DNA from: a bacterium
GTDB lineage: Bacteria > CLD3 > SB21
DNA: 37,059 nucleotides
Assembly (NCBI GenBank): GCA_013360215.1
Contig: JABWCP010000030.1
Span: forward strand, 1-37,059
Reading direction: 5' to 3'
Shown: positions 1 through 8,450 of the stretch, in pieces
Numbering within the stretch: the first letter of the stretch is position 1
Layout: each line of letters starts with the position of its first letter
Program-made: the position numbers and the translations under genes
The notes under the pieces: model-generated
What the model saw: only the letters and a program-made list of their open reading frames with translations
The model's database searches: none
What the model was told of the DNA's origin: nothing

Positions 1-106
1 AAAATTGCTACGCTTCCTACATTCAATCTTGACCTGCTCTGGAAATTCAAACTTGAAAACAACAGCCAAAGGGGGTATGATCTTATTCAGTATCCCTAAG
101 TTTACA

Positions 107-790
107 ATGAAATTTCAGGACTTTGAAAGAATAATGACAACCGCCAGATTGAGTCGCTATCAAGCGGCTTGCGGTGGTAATAGCAAAAGAGCCATGACGC
201 TTTACCGAAAGAACCTGCAACTTTCACAGGAGCTTTTTACTGTCATCAGTTGCTTTGAGATTGCTTTGCGAAACGCCATAGACAAGCAGCTTCTTCAAAC
301 ACGCGGAAATGATTGGTTGCGAAACGGTGCAACCGCAGGCGGAATTTTTGACAATCCCAATTGCCGATTAACAAAAGAAAACATTGACGATGCAATGCAT
401 AAGTTGAATCATTTTTACACACACAACAAACTTGTGGCTGAATTGGGTTTTGGATTTTGGCGTTACATGTTTGCTCCAAACCAATTTGCTGCGACCGGCA
501 AAACGCTTCTTCAAATATTCCCGGCTAAGCCAACAAGCACAGCAGCTATTCAGTATAATCATACATTTGTATTTAATCAGTTAGCTCAAATAAACAATAT
601 GCGAAACCGCATCGCTCATCACGAACCTATTTGTTTTGTTCCAGGACAATCTGTAAAAGGAACAACTTATGCACGGCAACACTACGGACTGATTTTGCAA
701 TTATTTCAATGGATGAGTATCGACGAGGGAAAATTACTTTACGGAATTGACCACATTAACACAGTTTGTAATCAAATAGATGCCTTATAA
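107..790 (+). CDS. Abi-like (Abi_2/AbiD-AbiF-related) HEPN-domain protein
   Basis: ORF 5..790; ATG at 107 (MKFQDFERIMTTARLSRY) is the likelier start. Motifs RLSRY, LY..N..LS, FEIALRNAID, LGFGFW and the HEPN RxxxxH motif RNRIAHHEP. Confidence 0.8.
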   Translation: MKFQDFERIMTTARLSRYQAACGGNSKRAMTLYRKNLQLSQELFTVISCFEIALRNAIDKQLLQTRGNDWLRNGATAGGIFDNPNCRLTKENIDDAMHKLNHFYTHNKLVAELGFGFWRYMFAPNQFAATGKTLLQIFPAKPTSTAAIQYNHTFVFNQLAQINNMRNRIAHHEPICFVPGQSVKGTTYARQHYGLILQLFQWMSIDEGKLLYGIDHINTVCNQIDAL

Positions 791-822
791 AACAAGATGC
801 AACTTGTAGAGAAAGAAACCCT

Positions 823-955
823 GCCACCAAAACGGGTTTGGGGCGAAATGCTAAAATCAAGTGCAGTTTTTCAATTTAAATTTAGTACTTATTGATCCCT
901 CAAGTTTGCGGGATGCTCCTAAATCCCCCACTGCGCAAGGCCGTGTCCGTTAACA
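823..955 (+). mobile_element. degenerate attC-like palindromic cassette boundary (site 1)
   Basis: Follows the Abi stop codon. Pattern is ...AAC-GGGTTTGGGGCG... long loop ...CGCAAGGCCG-TGTCC-GTTAACA: an AAC...GTT-bounded imperfect inverted repeat resembling Bacteroidota attC-like elements. Confidence 0.45.
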
Positions 956-1033
956 AGGTGTTAAAGAAAAAGTAGAGTATGGTAACTTCACAAGACCGTT
1001 GCGAGGTTACAATCATTTGGTTTAATCTTAAAA

Positions 1034-1063
1034 TGTCCAGTTTTTTTAATAATAAACTGGACA
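1034..1063. promoter_or_regulatory. 10-bp perfect inverted repeat, probable autoregulatory operator
   Basis: TGTCCAGTTT (1034-1043) N10 AAACTGGACA (1054-1063), overlapping the predicted -35 of the antitoxin gene. Confidence 0.65.
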
Positions 1064-1086
1064 AATCGATTGCTTTTTATTATAAT
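1058..1086 (+). promoter_or_regulatory. sigma70-type promoter
   Basis: TGGACA (1058-1063), 17 bp spacer, TATAAT (1081-1086), 8 bp before ATG 1095. Confidence 0.65.
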
Positions 1087-1094
1087 CATGCATA

Positions 1095-1820
1095 ATGAAA
1101 GTAACTGATTATATATTATTTACCATTAATAGACTCCCAAAAGGATACGTATTCACCTATGCCGATTTTAAAAAAGAGGTTGGTCAAAAAGAAGCAATCA
1201 TAAAAGCCCTGAACCGTATGGCGGCTTCGGGCAAAATTGCCAAACTTTCCAAAGGAAAATATTACAAGCCCGAAAGCACCCCATTTGGCAATCTTCAGCC
1301 CAATCAGTCACAAGTAGTAAAAGATTTGTTGGAAGAAAATGGAAAAGTAACCGGGTATCTCACCGGCTATAGCATTTATAACCGATTGGGCCTAACCACA
1401 CAGGTAAGCAACGTCATACAGATAGGTAAAAATCAAGTTCGCCCCCGTTTTAAAAGAGAACTCTATACTATTGCTTTTATAAAGCAAAAAAACACCATCA
1501 CCAAAGAAAATGTCCCATTGTTGCAGTTACTTGATGCTATCCGGTACATCAAAAAAATACCGGATGCCAATATAGAAACATCCTGTAAACGATTTTTGGC
1601 AATCATCAAAAACTTTACGGACAAAGAAATCAATACCCTGGTTCGGTTAGCATTAAAATATCCACCCGCTACAAGGGCCCTATTAGGTGCATTATTGGAA
1701 CAATTGCGAAAAGGCAACACGGCTGAATCACTTTTCAATTCATTGAACCCGATTACTAAGTATAAACTAATCGGTGCAGCGAAAGTGTTAACCACCGCTG
1801 AAAAATGGAATATCAAATGA
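1095..1820 (+). CDS. type IV toxin-antitoxin AbiEi-like antitoxin (DUF6088-like)
   Basis: N-terminal wHTH-like 'GYVFTYADF...AIIKALNRMAASGKIAKLSKGKYYKP' and 'GYLTGYSIYNRLGLTTQV', typical of this family. Confidence 0.8.
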   Translation: MKVTDYILFTINRLPKGYVFTYADFKKEVGQKEAIIKALNRMAASGKIAKLSKGKYYKPESTPFGNLQPNQSQVVKDLLEENGKVTGYLTGYSIYNRLGLTTQVSNVIQIGKNQVRPRFKRELYTIAFIKQKNTITKENVPLLQLLDAIRYIKKIPDANIETSCKRFLAIIKNFTDKEINTLVRLALKYPPATRALLGALLEQLRKGNTAESLFNSLNPITKYKLIGAAKVLTTAEKWNIK

Positions 1821-1924
1821 AGCTGCACCACGACATGAAATTCACAGAAGAAGAATCAAAAAGGGCATTTACCGAGTTGTTGGGGCATTACGAACCTGAC
1901 ACACAATCAATAATAAAAAAATGA
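1817..1924 (+). pseudogene. remnant of cognate AbiEii-type nucleotidyltransferase toxin (35 codons)
   Basis: ATGA overlap with the antitoxin stop. Translates MKLHHDMKFTEEESKRAFTELLGHYEPDTQSIIKK*. The MKLH start and the position match the usual partner toxin. Confidence 0.5.
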
Positions 1925-1934
1925 GAAGCACCGG

Positions 1935-2044
1935 CTATAACACAAGTTTTGCATCAAACAGAATGACACTTAAACTTGAATTTTGACCCCATGTTATGAA
2001 GAAGTCTGAAAAAATTGATAGCATACAACCCTGAACCGTTTTAG
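1935..2044 (+). mobile_element. degenerate attC-like palindromic cassette boundary (site 2)
   Basis: CTATAAC (1935-1941) ... GTTTTAG (2038-2044) are complementary at 6/7 positions. Inner arms are GTTTTGCATCAA (1946-1957) and TTGATAGCATACAAC (2015-2029). Confidence 0.5.
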
Positions 2045-2062
2045 AATCCATTATATTCGTAA

Positions 2063-2674
2063 ATGACTACACTCAAGCATGCCATGTCTCATCACCTCCT
2101 GCTCACTAATATCGCCAAACACATCACACTGACATCGGAAGAAAGTGCGTTTTTTGTGTCGCTGCTGTCGGAAAAATCTCTGACAAAAGGCGCGTACCTG
2201 CTGCGCGAAGGGCAGATTTGCAGGCATCAGTCGTTTGTCGCCAAAGGATGCCTGAAAACATTTTATATGAATGAAAACGGGTCCGAACATATCATTGATT
2301 TTTTGATCGAATCGTGGTGGGCGGACGACCTCTACAGTTTGTTTACCCAAACCGAAGCGACCTACAATATCCAGGCCATCGAAGACACGGATGTTTTGCA
2401 AATCAGCCGGGATAACCTGGAACAGCTGTATAAAAAAATTCCGAAATTTGAACGCTTTTTCAGGATACTTTTTCAAAACGCCTATGTTGCTCAGCGCGAA
2501 CAAATCAATGCCAACCTCTCCACCGATGCGGAAGAGCGTTATAGACTGTTTTTACGAAAAAAACCGTACGCCGAAACACGCTTTCCCCAAAAAGATATCG
2601 CCTCCTATCTCGGTATCACACCCCAGTTTTTTAGCGCCATGAAGAAAAAAATGCGCCGCGTTAATGTAGATTAA
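2063..2674 (+). CDS. Crp/Fnr family transcriptional regulator
   Basis: cNMP-binding fold (LLREGQIC..FVAKGCLK..NGSEHI..IQAIED) and C-terminal HTH (PQKDIASYLGITPQFFS). Start could be 2084. Confidence 0.9.
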   Translation: MTTLKHAMSHHLLLTNIAKHITLTSEESAFFVSLLSEKSLTKGAYLLREGQICRHQSFVAKGCLKTFYMNENGSEHIIDFLIESWWADDLYSLFTQTEATYNIQAIEDTDVLQISRDNLEQLYKKIPKFERFFRILFQNAYVAQREQINANLSTDAEERYRLFLRKKPYAETRFPQKDIASYLGITPQFFSAMKKKMRRVNVD

Positions 2675-2736
2675 TTCATCCTCCGCCTTTCATGTTTATC
2701 TTTATCGGTAACCCCCTATGAAAGAAAGGATGAACA

Positions 2737-3402
2737 ATGATCAACGCGTATCTCGCCCATGCCGAAAAAACCACGCTTGCACTATTTGATGCCGTCGTAA
2801 ACCAAAACCTCATTGTTCCCGGCAAATCGGAATCCCAATTGGTACAGGATATCAGCAATTTAGCCGAATCCAAAGGTATCGTTTATCATTGGCACAAAAA
2901 AATCGTACGGGCCGGACAAAACACGGTCTGTGCCTATCCTGAAAATCCCCCGGATACCGTCATCCGTGATAACGACATTGTCATATTGGATTTTGGTCCG
3001 ATCGTGGACGGGTACGAAGCGGATCTGGGCCGAACCTACGTACTCGGCAATGACCCGATCAAAGTACAAATACAACGCGACGTCGAAAAAGCATGGTACG
3101 AAGTTCAAAATTGGTATAAGCGCTATACCAAACTGAAAGCATCGGATCTCTATCACTACGCCGTTCACAAAGCCGAAGAATACGGATACGCATTCGGCGG
3201 TGAAATAGCGGGCCATATCGTTGGCAAATTTCCGCACGAACAGCCTGCCGATCCCAAAAGCCTTGAACTGGACATTCACCCGTCCAATCATAACGACATG
3301 TTTTTAACGGATGCCAAAGGAAACCCGCGCCATTGGATTTTGGAATTACTGTTTATTGATAAAAAACATCGCATCGGCGGCTATTTCGAACAACGGCTAT
3401 AA
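2737..3402 (+). CDS. M24 family metallopeptidase (catalytic domain only)
   Basis: DIVILDFGP, EADLGRTYVLG, GHIVG and two C-terminal Glu residues fit the D-D-H-E-E metal ligands. Confidence 0.85.
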   Translation: MINAYLAHAEKTTLALFDAVVNQNLIVPGKSESQLVQDISNLAESKGIVYHWHKKIVRAGQNTVCAYPENPPDTVIRDNDIVILDFGPIVDGYEADLGRTYVLGNDPIKVQIQRDVEKAWYEVQNWYKRYTKLKASDLYHYAVHKAEEYGYAFGGEIAGHIVGKFPHEQPADPKSLELDIHPSNHNDMFLTDAKGNPRHWILELLFIDKKHRIGGYFEQRL

Positions 3403-3421
3403 CACCATCCATCGGAGTTTT

Positions 3422-3997
3422 ATGAAAAATCTCACGCCGAAAGATCGGCCTGCACTTCTATTAGTTGACCTTCAAAAAGGTTTTGACACGATTTCTTATT
3501 GGGGCAATGAAAGAAACAATCCGGGCGCCGAAGAGAATTGCCGTTCGTTGCTGGAATTATGGCGCAGCAAAGATCTGCCCGTCGTGCATGTACAGCACTG
3601 CTCGGCCAACCCGAATTCTCTTTTGGCCGACACCCATCCGGGAAACGCCTTCAAAGACATCGTTCAGCCTTTGCCATGGGAAACCGTAATCCAAAAAAAT
3701 GTGAACAGCGCTTTTATCGGTACCACACTTCAAAAACATCTCACTGTCAATTCTATTTCCAAGCTGGTCATCGTCGGGCTCACCACCGATCACTGTATAT
3801 CCACGACGACGCGGATGGCCGGAAACTATGGATACGATGTATTCCTTGTCTCCGATGCCACGGCGACATTTGACAAAACCGGTATGGACGGAAAAAATTA
3901 TTCGGCCGAACTAATTCATCAGACGGCGCTGGCCAGTCTTCATGGTGAATTTGCAACCGTGTTTCCGATGAAAACTTTATTACAAAATTTTTCTTAA
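3422..3997 (+). CDS. cysteine hydrolase (isochorismatase family)
   Basis: ALLLVDLQKGF, KNVNSAFIGT, GLTTDHCISTT, SDATATF. ATG 3422 is preferred over 3311, which overlaps the upstream gene. Confidence 0.9.
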   Translation: MKNLTPKDRPALLLVDLQKGFDTISYWGNERNNPGAEENCRSLLELWRSKDLPVVHVQHCSANPNSLLADTHPGNAFKDIVQPLPWETVIQKNVNSAFIGTTLQKHLTVNSISKLVIVGLTTDHCISTTTRMAGNYGYDVFLVSDATATFDKTGMDGKNYSAELIHQTALASLHGEFATVFPMKTLLQNFS

Positions 3998-4053
3998 AAA
4001 ATATTGATCGCGGCCGATAGCATCGGACGCCATAAACTAACCGGATTTTTATC

Positions 4054-6078
4054 ATGAAAACACTTGGACTGATTTTACTTTTGTCGCTTGTGAATTTAAG
4101 CGCTTGCAAAACCGATACGCCACACCCCTACAGATCGCTGGCGCAAGAGGCGGATACCACGCGTCGGCCGGGCGATGATTTTTTTTCGTATGCCAACGGA
4201 AAATGGATCGCATCCACCGTTATGCCGGAGGGCAAAGAGCGCTGGAATGCCCGTCATGAAATAACAGGGCTTACCAAAAAGCAGGTAGCTAAAATTTTCG
4301 AAGAAGCACAGACGGCGCCTCACGGAACAAATGCACGTAAAGTGGCCGATTTTCGTGCAGCCTACATGAATGAATCAGCCATCCAGGCGGCCGGTATCAC
4401 ACCGATCAAACCCCTGCTGGATGAAATTGATCCCATAACCGATAAAACAGCGTTGGTCAAATTACTCGGTCGCAGGCTCCGTGCCGATGCCGATTGGTTT
4501 ACTTATCGTTCTACGGGATTGTTGGGTTTGTCTGTGGAAGTAGGATATTTCGGCGAAAAAACCTACGTGCCTTTTTTAATGCAGGGCGGCCTTGGACTGG
4601 AAGAGCGTTCATATTACCTCAGCGAGGACGCGGCTAATAAAAAAATCAGAGCAACCTATCAGAACTATATTTCTCAGCAATTCAAACAAGCCGGATTGAG
4701 CCATCCCGAACGGCGTGCACAGTCGGTACTTGGTATCGAAACCTTATTAGCCAAAACCCATGCGAGCGATGAATTTTCCAACAATGACCGCAACGGTTCG
4801 CATCGCTGGTCGCGCACCGACTTTGAACGACGGGCTCCGGGTATGGATTGGTCCGTATTTTTTGAAGAGGCCGGTCTGAAGCATCAGGAATCGTTCGTAG
4901 TTTGGCAACCGGACGCGATCACCGGATTGGCTTCGCTTATCGCCGCACAGCCCGTGGAAGTGTGGAAGGATTATCTGAGGTTTCAAGCAATCCATGCGTA
5001 CGCCGATGTATTACCTTCGGCTTTCGCGGAAGCGGGGCTGGTATTGCGCTCGTCGATACAAGACGCGCCTTCCCCTGCCCGTTCACAACGTGCGCTCGAT
5101 GCGACACAGAAATTTTTGGGTGAAGCCGTCGGCCGGTTATATGTAGAACGTTATTTTCCCGCTTCCCAAAAAGCCCGTGTACAAGCGATCGCGACGAACG
5201 TCATCGCTTCGCTCCGCGAACGGGTCAAAACCGTGTCGTGGATGTCCGACGAAAGCAAAATACAAGCCATGGTAAAACTTCAGACATTGTACTTTGGTCT
5301 CGGTTACCCCAATGTATGGCAAGATTATTCGGATCTGAATATAGACCCTGCCAATCCCGTAAAAAATTTACAAAACATCGCCGATCGCAACTATCGCCGC
5401 GCTTTGGCACGGCTTGGAAAACCGCCGGATACCACCGAATGGGCGATGACACCCCATACCGCGGGCGCTCTGCTTTTATTCCAATACAACGCCTGCAATT
5501 TTGCTGCCGCCTTACTACAAGCGCCCAAGTTTGATTCCACATTATCGGAGGCGGCCAACTATGGCGCTATCGGCGCTATTGTCGGTCACGAATCAAGCCA
5601 CTTTATTGATCCTTTGGGAGCCGAATGGAATGCTGAAAGAGAACTAAAGCATTGGTGGACACCCGACGATATGAAAAAGTTTCAATCGGCCGCCAAACCG
5701 CTGGTAGAGCAGTTTTCCGGTTATCGCCCGTTTGATGATCTCGCCGTTAACGGTGAGTTTACCCGATCGGAAAATATCGCCGACCTTGCGGGACTTGCCG
5801 CCGCTTTTGATGCGTATCGAAAAACCTTAGGGGATAAAATTCAAAATCAGGACTATGTACGCCAACAGGATCGTGAGTTTTTTATCGGTTTTGCACAGAG
5901 CTGGCGCAGCAAAACCACCGAAAAAGGCCTGCGCGTACAAATCGCGACGGATCATCACGCACCGGAACAGTACCGCATCGCTATTGTACGCAATCTCGAC
6001 GCGTGGTATGACGCATTTGATGTCAAACCCGGCGATAAACTGTACCTAACACCGGAATCACGCGTACGCATCTGGTAA
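4054..6078 (+). CDS. M13 (neprilysin/PepO) zinc metallopeptidase, lipoprotein
   Basis: Lipobox LSAC, PGDDFFSYANGKW, NYGAIGAIVGHESSH, ENIADLAG, and the RVRIW C-terminus. Confidence 0.92.
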   Translation: MKTLGLILLLSLVNLSACKTDTPHPYRSLAQEADTTRRPGDDFFSYANGKWIASTVMPEGKERWNARHEITGLTKKQVAKIFEEAQTAPHGTNARKVADFRAAYMNESAIQAAGITPIKPLLDEIDPITDKTALVKLLGRRLRADADWFTYRSTGLLGLSVEVGYFGEKTYVPFLMQGGLGLEERSYYLSEDAANKKIRATYQNYISQQFKQAGLSHPERRAQSVLGIETLLAKTHASDEFSNNDRNGSHRWSRTDFERRAPGMDWSVFFEEAGLKHQESFVVWQPDAITGLASLIAAQPVEVWKDYLRFQAIHAYADVLPSAFAEAGLVLRSSIQDAPSPARSQRALDATQKFLGEAVGRLYVERYFPASQKARVQAIATNVIASLRERVKTVSWMSDESKIQAMVKLQTLYFGLGYPNVWQDYSDLNIDPANPVKNLQNIADRNYRRALARLGKPPDTTEWAMTPHTAGALLLFQYNACNFAAALLQAPKFDSTLSEAANYGAIGAIVGHESSHFIDPLGAEWNAERELKHWWTPDDMKKFQSAAKPLVEQFSGYRPFDDLAVNGEFTRSENIADLAGLAAAFDAYRKTLGDKIQNQDYVRQQDREFFIGFAQSWRSKTTEKGLRVQIATDHHAPEQYRIAIVRNLDAWYDAFDVKPGDKLYLTPESRVRIW

Positions 6079-6169
6079 TGGAAAATTATAGAATATGACG
6101 GCAGGTTTTTGATATATTGGTGTGCATTATTCATCGCGTTTATCACGCTAATTATCTCAGGAGAATATC

Positions 6170-7570
6170 ATGCTATTTATATTGGGAGTACTTGCCGTCA
6201 TGGGTACTAATGATTTTGATGCTTATTTTACCGGCCAGACGATGCGGTTTGACTATTATCACAGCGGCACGGCCAAAGAAGAACATATCAGTCCCGACGA
6301 ATACCGCATCGAAGGCGTGTGGCCGGGCAGTAAAACGGTGTTATTAGATGAAACCGGTCTCGGCAAATATTTGTTTGAAGTGAGTGATGTTGCATCCGGA
6401 AAATTGCTTTATTCACGTGGTTTTGCGAGCATCTACGGCGAATGGGAAACAACCGGCGAAGCGGCCAAGGGCGTGTGGCGCTCATTTCACGAATCGCAGC
6501 GTTTTCCCGAACCCAAAAATACGGTCAAATTAACACTCAAAAAACGCGGCGCTGATAATCGTTTTGCGTCGTTTTATGAAACAACCATTGACCCCAAAAG
6601 CCGGTTCGTCAATCGTGCGCCCGCCGTTAAGAACGGCGAAGTGTGGAGCGTTTTTGAAAACGGCGACCCTTCGCAAAAGGTGGATCTGCTGATTCTCAGC
6701 GACGGTTACACGGCCGGCGAAAAGAATAAATTTCACGCCGACGTCGAACGTTTGGTCAAAGTGATGTTTGAAACCGAACCCTTCAAATCCCGCAAAAAAG
6801 ATTTTAATGTTCGTGCGATGGATGTGGCTTCTGCCCAATCCGGTATCAGTAACCCGCGCAAAGATATTTGGCGTAAATCGGCGCTCGGTTTGAGTTTCAA
6901 TTCGTTTGACTCCGATCGTTATGTACTGACGTATGAAAATAAAAATCTTCGTGAAACGGCCGCCAATGCACCCTACGATGCATTGATCCTTTTGGCCAAT
7001 GATCGCAAATACGGCGGCGGCGGTATTTTTAATCTGTGGGCGACGGTCACGGCCGATGCGGAACCGGCGGCGTATGTTTTTGTACACGAATTCGGCCATT
7101 CTTTTGCGGGTCTCGGCGATGAATATTATACCTCACCCGTTTCGTATGAAAACTTTACCGCGCCGAGTACCGAACCTTCCGAGCCGAATATTACCGCTTT
7201 GCTCGATCCGAAAAATCTCAAGTGGAAACATCTTGTATCTAAAGACACCCCTTTGCCGACACCGTGGAATAAAACCGCGTACGATACGTATGAAATCGAG
7301 ATGCAAAAAAAACGCGCTAAACTAATCGAGGAAAAAGCGTCCGAAGAAACGATGGAAGCGCTCTTTAGAGAAGTAAAAACCAAAACGACGCCGATGCTTA
7401 ATACGGACAAATATTTCGGAAAAGTGGGCGCTTTTGAAGGCGCAGGTTACGAAGCCAAAGGTTTATATCGCCCGGAATTAGACTGCATCATGTTCACACG
7501 CAATAATGTTCCTTTTTGTAAAGTATGTCACGAAGCGATCGAGCGAATTATAGATCTGTATGCCAAATAA
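6170..7570 (+). CDS. M64 family (IgA peptidase-like) metallopeptidase
   Basis: TMRFDYYHSG N-terminal domain, HEFGHSFAGLGDEY, GLYRP..DCIM..FCKVC. AGGAGA RBS upstream. Confidence 0.92.
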   Translation: MLFILGVLAVMGTNDFDAYFTGQTMRFDYYHSGTAKEEHISPDEYRIEGVWPGSKTVLLDETGLGKYLFEVSDVASGKLLYSRGFASIYGEWETTGEAAKGVWRSFHESQRFPEPKNTVKLTLKKRGADNRFASFYETTIDPKSRFVNRAPAVKNGEVWSVFENGDPSQKVDLLILSDGYTAGEKNKFHADVERLVKVMFETEPFKSRKKDFNVRAMDVASAQSGISNPRKDIWRKSALGLSFNSFDSDRYVLTYENKNLRETAANAPYDALILLANDRKYGGGGIFNLWATVTADAEPAAYVFVHEFGHSFAGLGDEYYTSPVSYENFTAPSTEPSEPNITALLDPKNLKWKHLVSKDTPLPTPWNKTAYDTYEIEMQKKRAKLIEEKASEETMEALFREVKTKTTPMLNTDKYFGKVGAFEGAGYEAKGLYRPELDCIMFTRNNVPFCKVCHEAIERIIDLYAK

Positions 7571-8012
7571 GAAAGAGTTTATTCAAACCTTAGTCATTCA
7601 TACGTCGCCGGAAAATATCTGGCGCGTATGGATGGCTGTAGACGAGTGGCCCCTCTGGACCGACACGATCCTATCCATAAAAAAACTATCGCCCGGTTCT
7701 TTACAAACAGATAGCCGGGTCCTCATCGAGCAACCTAAACTTGCCAAAGCGGTTTGGAAGGTTACCGAATTTGAACCCGTGAAACAATTTACGTGGAGCA
7801 AAACAAATTTGCTTCTGCGTATCGACGCGATTCACGCTTTAGAATCAACTTCCGGCGGATGTATTGTCACATTGGTTATCAAATTCTCCGGTCTTTTTGC
7901 TAATCTGATTAACAAAAAAACCTGCGCTTTGGTTGATTCGTATCTGGTAAGGGAATCACAAAATTTGAAACAATTCTGTGAAAACAAATTTTCTAACGGC
8001 GCTGCATCCTAA
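7560..8012 (+). CDS. SRPBCC (polyketide cyclase/dehydrase-like) protein
   Basis: IHTSPENIWRVWMAVDEWPLW ... WKVTEFEP.KQFTW ... LKQFCE. Confidence 0.8.
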   Translation: MPNKKEFIQTLVIHTSPENIWRVWMAVDEWPLWTDTILSIKKLSPGSLQTDSRVLIEQPKLAKAVWKVTEFEPVKQFTWSKTNLLLRIDAIHALESTSGGCIVTLVIKFSGLFANLINKKTCALVDSYLVRESQNLKQFCENKFSNGAAS

Positions 8013-8379
8013 AATACTGTACGCGGCGCTGATACTCTCTTCACTGATCGGTTACCTCGAATGGGGTAACGGTAACCACACTTTTCTCGTGCAAGCAGAG
8101 TTTGATATCATCCGCAAGTTTTTCACACATAGCGACTCGATCGTCCATCCGATGATAGCGTTACCTTTAGCGGGGCAGATGTTATTGGTTTTCAGTCTGT
8201 TTCAGAATAGACCGCACCCGGTCGTTGTTTTAACCGGCCTACTGGGGTTAGGCGCTTTGCTGTGGTTTATATTTTTGATTGGTTTGATTTCTCTCAATCT
8301 AAAAATAACCTTCGCTGCACTTCCTTTTCTGATCGTCAGTATCATTGTTTTGTATTCGATGCGTAAAGGCGGGAAATGA
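7978..8379 (+). CDS. hypothetical membrane protein (about 4 TM)
   Basis: Four hydrophobic stretches, with SSLIGYLEWG and HPMIALPLAGQ motifs. Overlaps the end of the upstream gene. Confidence 0.7.
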   Translation: MKTNFLTALHPKILYAALILSSLIGYLEWGNGNHTFLVQAEFDIIRKFFTHSDSIVHPMIALPLAGQMLLVFSLFQNRPHPVVVLTGLLGLGALLWFIFLIGLISLNLKITFAALPFLIVSIIVLYSMRKGGK

Positions 8380-8450
8380 CGTTGAGAGATCGTAGTAAAA
8401 AACTTCGCTACGTGAAATTTTACGATGCGTTGGAAAACGGTGGCACTATA

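Noticed and set aside
8389..8426. hairpin between convergent genes (ATCGTA...TACGAT)
   Set aside because: Weak, interrupted stem without a clear U-tract; insufficient to call a terminator.
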